In this document: piece by piece, positions 63,958 through 64,000 of the stretch
Layout of the letters: every line of letters begins with the position of its first letter
How positions within the stretch are numbered: the stretch's first letter is position 1
Notes under the pieces: model-generated
Told to the model about the DNA's origin: nothing
Seen by the model: only the letters and a program-made list of their open reading frames with translations
Database searches by the model: none
IMG/VR virus record: IMGVR_UViG_2061766007_000763
DNA length: 64,000 bases
Strand: one strand, 5' to 3'
Source: an uncultured virus (IMG/VR IMGVR_UViG_2061766007_000763)
Taxonomy: Duplodnaviria; Heunggongvirae; Uroviricota; Caudoviricetes
Position numbers and translations under genes: made by a program

Positions 63958-64000
63958 TGGAGGTAGTGGGAGTCGAACCCACGTCCATACAATCTATCCT
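63958..64000 (-). ncRNA. ssrA: tmRNA 3' end (tRNA-like domain), truncated by the window edge
   Basis: GGAC-GTGGG-TTCGACT-CCCAC-TACCTCC-A: GGAC before the T arm, U70 and discriminator A (Ala identity); no encoded CCA. Confidence 0.7.

Noticed and set aside
1..64000. CRISPR array
   Set aside because: No regularly spaced direct repeats seen; masked N tracts cannot be assessed.
1..64000. Stop-codon reassignment
   Set aside because: Core genes are full length in the standard code and TAA, TAG and TGA all end genes.
1..64000. Integrase or lysogeny module
   Set aside because: No tyrosine or serine recombinase is recognisable in this window, so lifestyle cannot be determined here.

Overview
The window is about 64 kb of a tailed dsDNA phage genome, most likely a long-tailed siphovirus-type phage of a Bacteroidales (Prevotella/Bacteroides-like) host. 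The host inference rests on repeated TAnnTTTG promoters, a DUF5675 endolysin and a lipoprotein spanin. Layout: (+) early or accessory small ORFs, GNAT, MazG-like, SSB, two displaced tail-type genes and a lysis cassette (1-12.1 kb). (-) An uncharacterised Gly/Gln/Cys-rich gene module interrupted by two antisense NUMOD4-HNH endonuclease genes (12.1-17.9 kb). (-) Tail-associated genes, a roughly 3200-aa hub-plus-fibre protein, portal and TerL (17.9-37.5 kb). (+) Scaffold, decoration, major capsid, neck, tail tube, frameshifting chaperone and tape measure (37.6-49.6 kb). (-) Recombination and replication genes (RusA, MBL hydrolase, RecT, SbcC-like ATPase, DnaB, initiator) and a tmRNA-like 3' end at the window edge. 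N-gaps split several genes artificially. The most striking signal is that both HNH genes are transcribed with the same covarying three-way-junction RNA leader. It has a palindromic loop and a second loop complementary to two boxes just before the HNH start codon. One HNH element also ends in an inverted copy of the leader core next to a boxA-like motif. Family assignments are from motif recognition only; no searches were run.
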